A stretch of 64,000 bases of DNA from Sminthopsis crassicaudata. Its lineage: Eukaryota. Both the position numbers and the translations under genes were made by a program. Where the stretch lies: contig NC_133617.1 in the NCBI RefSeq assembly GCF_048593235.1, positions 488,726,958 through 488,790,957 on the forward strand. Direction: 5' to 3'. Every line of letters starts with the position of its first letter. Position 1 is the first letter of the stretch. Below are positions 62,391 to 64,000 of the stretch, piece after piece. The notes beneath the pieces are model-generated. The model made no database searches, was not told where the DNA came from, and was given only the letters and a program-made list of their open reading frames with translations.

Positions 62391-64000
62391 AAACCTAAGC
62401 ATACTTGTAAGCATTGGGGACTTAACCTCATAGAATAGTTGATGAGGGGGAAATTCCTGAAGAAGATGAAAACAAAGGCTCATAGGGAGGGATTAGCTTT
62501 GGCAAAGAAAAAGGCCTTTGAGACTGGGGCAAAGGAATGGGTAAGAAGTTTTGAAGTTTGGAGGAAAAATGAGGGTATTCATGAGAGAAAGCCTCAGTCT
62601 TCTCAATGAAGCTTGAAGCAAAATCATCTATTTTTAGAGATGGGATTGAAGAGGGAGCTGGAGATCTAAGGAGAAAGAAGTTTGGAACAGCTATTCTGAG
62701 TCATACAGTAGTCATTCAGAGATCAACAAAAAGATTGTCATGCTGTCATGAGCACTCATTTGAAGTTAGCTAATGTGAATTTGTAGGGAGCTCAGTTAAC
62801 ATGATTGGGATAGATTGGGAATAGAAAATAGTGAGGAGGAACCAAAATTAACAGTGTGAACCCCACAAAGACAAGAAGAAAAGTGATTCAAAGATGAAGG
62901 ACAATATCGTTTTTAATTTGTTAACTAAAGATTCTAAGTTGAATGAGGTCAGAACAGAGATGAAGGCATAGAAAAGGCGGGGGGGGGGGGGGAGAGATCA
63001 TAGGATCAGAGATCGCTATCAAGATAAAGAACAGGTTTAAGAGGTTCAGTAAGAGATGTAGAAGAACTGAAGATTGTGATCATAGGGGGATTTTAAAATT
63101 CAAGATCTTTAAGTAGAATGGTCTTGGTTGATGTTTGAATTTAACTAACCACAACTGTTGGTAGCCAAGGTAATGTAGAGAATGGAGTTCTAGGGATTGG
63201 GGGTTTTGATAAACTAGGAGGTCAAGATGTTCACAGGGTCAACATAAATATTGTTGTCACCAAGGACAAAAAGAGGAATTCTGGGTAAGAGAGACTCTTT
63301 CATCTCTACTAAGCTCATTGAGAAAGGAGGAAGAGTGATTTGGAGTTTGATAGGAAAAAGAACCTAGACAAGTGCTAGAGATGGATAATGTAAAGGACTT
63401 ATTAAGTATACATTATGGTAAAATAGTATATGTAAAAGATAGAGCTGACTTCAGTGTTAGAGATCTGTTAAAGATCTGCTTCATAGTAATTGTGTGATAT
63501 TGGACAATGTCTCAGAGCTCTATCTAGGGAGTTCTCTGAGGCCATCATTTGCAGAAATAGTGCTGGTCTCTGTTGGTAGAAGAAATTAGAAGAAAATCTT
63601 CACTGAGAACCCTGTATACCAGGGATAGGGAACATCTGCTCTGTGGGCCTTATACGGCCCACAAAATCATTTGCTAAGACAGCTCCTGGCAATTATGAGC
63701 TGAAAGCTAGGTACAACAACTTCCCAATGCTTGAGTTCTATAAGATGATAATTTTGTGTGGCCACAAATGATGTTATAAATATCCAAAGGGCCTTTGGAG
63801 GAAAAAAAGGTTCTTTAAGCCCTCCTCTACACCAGTAGTAACACAGTTTTAGGGGAAAATGTGCAAGGCCCCTCAGCTCTGCCTACTCTCTGCTATGAAT
63901 TAAGGATACAAAAAGGAATAAGACATGGTCCCTTCTCTCTAGGAGTTTGTAATCCTAATTAGGGAAATAGAATATGGACACAAATAACTACAAAAGATAT

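Noticed and set aside
59588-64000. Remaining FBXL19 LRR exons
   Set aside because: The expected next exon (CYDKRLW...) was not found; the region is TE-derived intron.

Overview
Mammalian genomic DNA, most likely a dasyurid marsupial (inferred from WSINE1-type tRNA SINEs and marsupial L1 3' ends), syntenic with the human 16p11.2 block BCL7C-CTF1-CTF2-FBXL19. Three complete genes were assembled by hand with canonical GT-AG introns: BCL7C (minus, 6 coding exons, 224 aa), CTF1/cardiotrophin-1 (plus, 3 exons, 196 aa) and an intact CTF2/neuropoietin (minus, 3 exons, 203 aa, with signal peptide; a pseudogene in human). FBXL19 (plus) is partial: six coding exons, continuing past the window end. The left 28 kb holds a decayed KRAB-C2H2 zinc-finger pseudogene, three CpG/CCAAT promoters with no assignable gene, and many L1, L2 and SINE copies. 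Most unusual signals: (1) a periodic array of nine co-oriented ZNF143/THAP11-type motifs interleaved with five fixed-spacing YY1 composite motifs upstream of FBXL19; (2) back-to-back poly(A) signals predicting overlapping CTF1 and CTF2 3' ends; (3) four copies of the palindrome GAGCATGCTC in an FBXL19 intron. There is one assembly gap of about 200 N in CTF1 intron 1. Gene names and cross-species comparisons rest on recalled protein sequences, not on database searches.
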